32,000 nt of DNA, taken from positions 480,001 through 512,000 of the forward strand of contig NC_015722.1 in NCBI RefSeq assembly GCF_000219355.1, in the 5' to 3' direction. A model generated the notes under the pieces. That model searched no databases, had not been told where the DNA came from, and saw only the letters and a program-made list of their open reading frames with translations. The DNA is from Candidatus Midichloria mitochondrii IricVA. GTDB lineage: Bacteria; Pseudomonadota; Alphaproteobacteria; Rickettsiales; Midichloriaceae. The translations under genes and the position numbers were made by a program. This document shows, piece by piece, positions 27,978 to 32,000 of this stretch; position 1 is the stretch's first letter, and every line of letters starts with the position of its first letter.

Positions 27978-30407
27978 TTGATTCGAAAAATGTTTTCTTC
28001 GTTACTGAATATTATCTCCAGATGGACCGCATTTATTTTTATACTTTTTATTGTCGGGATTGCCGGAGCTATCCAGGCGATAGTGTATTTTAGTAAGGGT
28101 TTACCTGATTATAAACAACTGGAAAATTATGACCCTCCGATTATAAGCCGCATATATTCTGGTTCTGGAGAAATAATGGCAGAATATGCGAACGAGCGCA
28201 GAATTTATGTGGAATACAAACAAGTTCCAGATTTAGTAATCAGTGCCTTCTTAGCTGCTGAAGACAAAAACTTCTTCCGGCATCAAGGTATTGATATTTA
28301 TAGCCTACTGCGCGCAACTGTCCAGAGCACCTTTAACATAATTACTAATAAACGTGCGATCGGTGGATCTACCATAACTCAACAGGTTGTAAAGTCTTTT
28401 TTGCTTGGTAACGAAAGGACCCTAGCCAGAAAAATCAAAGAAGCAATACTTGCTTACAGAATCAGTAAGATTTATTCAAAAGAAAGAGTTTTAGAACTTT
28501 ACTTGAACCAAATATTTTTTGGTAGCAACTCTTATGGCATAGCTGCTGCTGCTCAGAGTTATTTTGACAAGGAATTGAATGCACTAAATGTACCAGAAGC
28601 TGCAATGCTTGCAGCACTTCCCAAAGCTCCTTCTGCTCTCAATCCTTTTTTGAATTATGATAGAGCAAAAGGCAGAAGAGATTGGGTAATCGAGCGAATG
28701 GCTGAAGAAAAATTTATTAGTAACAGAGAAGCTGTAAAATTCGCACAAATGCCGATCGAATTAAATAAAAAAGAAATAGCAGTATCATGGACAGAAAATT
28801 TTTATATCGATGCAGTCAAAAAAGAATTAGTTAATTTGTTTGGTGAAGAAGCCCTATATACTAGGGGATTGATTGTAAATACTTACTTTAATGAAGATTT
28901 GCAGAAAAAAGCTGAAGAAGCTTTTAGAGAAGGGATAATAAATTATGATAGACGTCATGGCTGGCGTGGTCCAATTGCAAAATTGCCTGCTCTTGAAGAT
29001 TGGGATTTAGCCTTGAGAAAAGTCGATAAGCCGGATTATATAGGTAAATATGAACCGGCAGTTATACTTGGAATCAACAAAGAAAGTGAAATAAAGATAG
29101 GTTGTGTTGACAAATCAGTACACATTATACCCTTTTCTAATTTTAAGTGGGCCAGATATATACTTTCTGAAAAGAAAGAGGCGGCAAAAGGAATATTTAA
29201 ATCAGGAGACGTGATCCTAGTTTCCAGGGACCGTAATGGTATTTACCACTTGGCACAAGTTCCATTAATTGATGGAGCTATGGTAGTTATGGAACCTAAT
29301 AGTGGAAGGGTTTTTGCTTTAATAGGAGGGTATGATTTTACGCGCAGCTATTTTAATCGAGCAATACAAGCCAAACGGCAGCCGGGATCTGCATTTAAAA
29401 CCTTTGTGTATTTAGCTGCTCTTGAAGAGGGATATCCTCCTAATGCGATGATATTAGATGATCCAATTACCGTTTCTCAAGGTCAAGGTATGCCAAATTG
29501 GCAGCCAAAGAATTTTGGTGGACAGTTTTTCGGGCTGATGACTCTGAGGACAGCTTTAGAGAAATCTCGTAATATACCAACGGTTAGAATAATATTAGAG
29601 CTTGGCATAGAAAAGATTGTACAGACTGCTATGGCACTGAAGATATACAATCAACCGCGGTATAATTATTCTGTAGCACTTGGAGCTTCTGAAACGACGC
29701 TGATGGACATGACGAACGCATATAATATAATCGCAAGCCAAGGTATGGAAACAAGACCTAAGCTGATTGATAGCGTTTACGATAGAAAGGGAAATCTGCT
29801 TTATAAAGATTACGATATGAAATGTATCAACTGTATTTCAAATGATATCAATTCTGTTCCAGAAATAAAATATGTCAGTGAACCTATTATTTCTGAAGAT
29901 GTGAACTACCAACTTACTTCATTATTAAATGGTGCGATGAGAAGAGGGACGGGAGCTAGATCTAATATTCTGAAGAAAACTCTCGCAGGAAAAACTGGAA
30001 CAACGAATAACAGTCATGACGCTTGGTTTATCGGCTTTACTCCCTACATAACTGCAGGTACATACATAGGCTATGATATACCCAGAGATATGGGGCAAAG
30101 AGAAACTGGCTCTACTGTTTCATTACCAATCTTTATAGATTTTATGCAAGCTGCCGTTAATGACTTGCCTGATGTATCTTTCAAAGTTCCTAAAAATATC
30201 ATTTTAAGAAAAATTGATAGACATAGCGGTAAATTTGTAGAAGATTATAATAGCATAGATTATAAAGATGTAATTTTAGAAGCGTTTCAAAATGGAAATT
30301 TTCAAGATAAAAGTTTCTCAAGTGAAAAAAGCACTAATCGACATGCGGATTATAATCTTCGCAGTATAGTAGATTCACTAGACATTGAGGATGAGACTAA
30401 TAATTAA
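27978..30407 (+). CDS. mrcA: Penicillin-binding protein 1A (bifunctional transglycosylase/transpeptidase).
   Basis: GT51 motifs AAEDKNFFRHQGID, GGSTITQQVVK and RKIKEA. Transpeptidase motifs SAFKTF (SxxK), KSRN (SxN) and KTGTT. Confidence 0.93.
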   Translation: MIRKMFSSLLNIISRWTAFIFILFIVGIAGAIQAIVYFSKGLPDYKQLENYDPPIISRIYSGSGEIMAEYANERRIYVEYKQVPDLVISAFLAAEDKNFFRHQGIDIYSLLRATVQSTFNIITNKRAIGGSTITQQVVKSFLLGNERTLARKIKEAILAYRISKIYSKERVLELYLNQIFFGSNSYGIAAAAQSYFDKELNALNVPEAAMLAALPKAPSALNPFLNYDRAKGRRDWVIERMAEEKFISNREAVKFAQMPIELNKKEIAVSWTENFYIDAVKKELVNLFGEEALYTRGLIVNTYFNEDLQKKAEEAFREGIINYDRRHGWRGPIAKLPALEDWDLALRKVDKPDYIGKYEPAVILGINKESEIKIGCVDKSVHIIPFSNFKWARYILSEKKEAAKGIFKSGDVILVSRDRNGIYHLAQVPLIDGAMVVMEPNSGRVFALIGGYDFTRSYFNRAIQAKRQPGSAFKTFVYLAALEEGYPPNAMILDDPITVSQGQGMPNWQPKNFGGQFFGLMTLRTALEKSRNIPTVRIILELGIEKIVQTAMALKIYNQPRYNYSVALGASETTLMDMTNAYNIIASQGMETRPKLIDSVYDRKGNLLYKDYDMKCINCISNDINSVPEIKYVSEPIISEDVNYQLTSLLNGAMRRGTGARSNILKKTLAGKTGTTNNSHDAWFIGFTPYITAGTYIGYDIPRDMGQRETGSTVSLPIFIDFMQAAVNDLPDVSFKVPKNIILRKIDRHSGKFVEDYNSIDYKDVILEAFQNGNFQDKSFSSEKSTNRHADYNLRSIVDSLDIEDETNN

Positions 30408-30409
30408 GA

Positions 30410-30919
30410 ATGACAAAGTTAAAAAATTGGCATAGGAGGTTAGTAATACTATTTTTAAGTCTGCTGTTTGTTGCTTCAGGCCTATTCCTTGCTTTAAAAA
30501 CTTTCAGTGAAAATATAGTGTTTTTTGTTACTCCAACGGAACTTAAAGCTCAAGAAAAGAAGTATAGCAATAAATTGATTAGGCTAGGAGGAATAGTCAA
30601 AGTTGGTAGTATAAAAAATATTTCTTCGGACCACTCTATAGAATTCATAATAACAGATTTAAAGAATGAAGTAGTTGTAAGATATAAGGGCGCTGTTCCT
30701 GTATTGTTTAAAGAAGATAGTGGTACTATAGTGCAGGGTAAAGTTAAAGACAATATTTTTTATGCCCAGGAACTACTTGCGAAACATGATGAAAATTATA
30801 TGCCTAAAGAAGTTGTGGATGAGTTGAAGAAATCAGGTAGATGGAAAGAAAATTCTATCAAATATCCAGGAGATGACCCCGATCTTTTAAATAAGCCGCC
30901 TTACGATATATGCAATTAG
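30410..30919 (+). CDS. ccmE: Cytochrome c-type biogenesis heme chaperone CcmE
   Basis: N-terminal anchor, FFVTPTEL, IRLGGIVKVGS, VRYKGAVPVLFKEDSGTIVQGK and the heme-binding LAKHDENYMPKEV. Confidence 0.9.
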   Translation: MTKLKNWHRRLVILFLSLLFVASGLFLALKTFSENIVFFVTPTELKAQEKKYSNKLIRLGGIVKVGSIKNISSDHSIEFIITDLKNEVVVRYKGAVPVLFKEDSGTIVQGKVKDNIFYAQELLAKHDENYMPKEVVDELKKSGRWKENSIKYPGDDPDLLNKPPYDICN

Positions 30920-31054
30920 GAGCGTTATTAATATCTCGATAATAAATCTTACGCTATTTTTTAACAATATCACTAAAACAAAATATAAGGATTGCAAACA
31001 TTGACATCATATATAATAATTCAACCGTTTGCTTAAAAATTCTTCCAAGATAAA

Positions 31055-32000
31055 ATGAGTCATCAAAATGTAAAAGGGATGGGCTTGATGGTAATTAACG
31101 CTCTGGGCCTGGCCGCGCTCTACGCCGTTATGAAAATGGTAACTGTTTCATTAAACTCTAGTCAAGCTGTTTTCTTTTATAAATTCTCTGTTTTTTTATT
31201 TATACTTCCTTGGATTTTTTATAAGGATGGAATAAAGGCCATACAAACTCCAAATTTAAGATTACATTTCTACCGCAGTATTTTCAGTACTACTGGCTCA
31301 TTAACATTAATGCATTCACTAAATTATTTGAAATTAATTGATATTACCGTTCTCACTCACCTTGAACAGATGCTATGGCTCATTATAGGGACTTTGTTTT
31401 TTAATGAGAAATTAAATTACTATAAAGTAGCTGCTATTTTGTTTGGCTTTGCAGGTGGTTTTTTGATAGTAAGACCAGAATTAATACATAATATTTTCTT
31501 TGGAAATCAAATAGAGATTCCTGAGTTTAATAAAGCCTATATTTTCATTGCGATTACGATACTTTGTTGGTCAATTAATAGTACTTTAGTCAAAGTCCTT
31601 GGACACAGAAAAGCCTCCAATAAAGCGCAGTTATTTTATGTTATGCTATTTGCTTCACTCTTTTCGTATGTAGTAGCATTTATAGATTGGAACTTAATTG
31701 GTTGCTTTGGATTCGTAATTTACGTGCCTGGACGATTGCATTTTCCATTTTGTTTAGGGATCGAAACTTGGCAAATTGTAGGCATTGCTGCTTCTGCACT
31801 ATTCTACTTGATTCATAATGTGGCATTCTTCAATGCTATGAAATATGGTGAGATGACAGTTATAGCTCCATTTGTCTACTTTAAATTAGTCTTTGCTGGA
31901 ATACTAGGTTATATAGTATTTGGTGAAGCGCCTAAGGTGACTATCTCCTATATTGGCTACTCTTTCATAGTAATCGCAGGTCTGTTGCTTATTTGGAGTC
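31055..32000 (+). CDS. EamA/DMT-superfamily transporter. The 3' end lies outside the window, so it is missing from the supplied ORF track.
   Basis: The frame is open from the ATG at 31055 to the window end. The product is strongly hydrophobic with a repeated EamA-like organisation (MVINALGLAALYAVMK..., ...FNEKLNYYKVAAILFGFAGGFLIVRP..., ...GYIVFGEAP...). Confidence 0.75.
   Translation, partial: MSHQNVKGMGLMVINALGLAALYAVMKMVTVSLNSSQAVFFYKFSVFLFILPWIFYKDGIKAIQTPNLRLHFYRSIFSTTGSLTLMHSLNYLKLIDITVLTHLEQMLWLIIGTLFFNEKLNYYKVAAILFGFAGGFLIVRPELIHNIFFGNQIEIPEFNKAYIFIAITILCWSINSTLVKVLGHRKASNKAQLFYVMLFASLFSYVVAFIDWNLIGCFGFVIYVPGRLHFPFCLGIETWQIVGIAASALFYLIHNVAFFNAMKYGEMTVIAPFVYFKLVFAGILGYIVFGEAPKVTISYIGYSFIVIAGLLLIWS

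Noticed and set aside
30921-30962. Possible rho-independent terminator after ccmE (AGCGT...ACGCT followed by a T run).
   Set aside because: The stem is only 5 bp with a 25-nt loop, so predicted stability is poor.

Overview
This is an AT-rich window (roughly one third G+C by eye). The gene content looks alphaproteobacterial, and an obligate-intracellular Rickettsiales/Holosporales-type genome is my inference, not something I have proven. Most of the window is ordinary housekeeping: the rpoC 3' end, ftsK, a FlbD-like sigma-54 activator, tRNA-Leu(CAA), pgeF, cinA-C, pgpA, ispD/ispF, HU, tolQ-tolR-tolA-like, corC, ybeY, tatA (55 aa, too short for the supplied ORF track), a SPOR-domain protein, nagZ, an IHF-like protein, tatD, queA, rppH, ssb, rpmE, bolA, PBP1A, ccmE and a partial EamA/DMT transporter.

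Genome decay is visible between these genes. Frameshifted pseudogenes include ispF, queA, a nupC-type nucleoside transporter, a DUF4153-like membrane protein and a kinase-fold gene. There are four degraded IS982-family pieces, two of them abutting head to head. There is one degraded IS1-family element that still has a flanking 8-bp direct repeat. A two-copy non-coding repeat shares its termini and a covarying hairpin.

I found no CRISPR array, no rRNA and no recognisable defence, toxin-antitoxin or secretion gene cluster. I cannot support a claim of a novel multi-gene system here. The items most worth a second look are the fragmented kinase-fold gene (25.1-26.4 kb), the repeat family flanking the first IS cluster, the receiver-degenerate FlbD-like regulator, and the frameshifts at short G/C homopolymers in ispF and queA.
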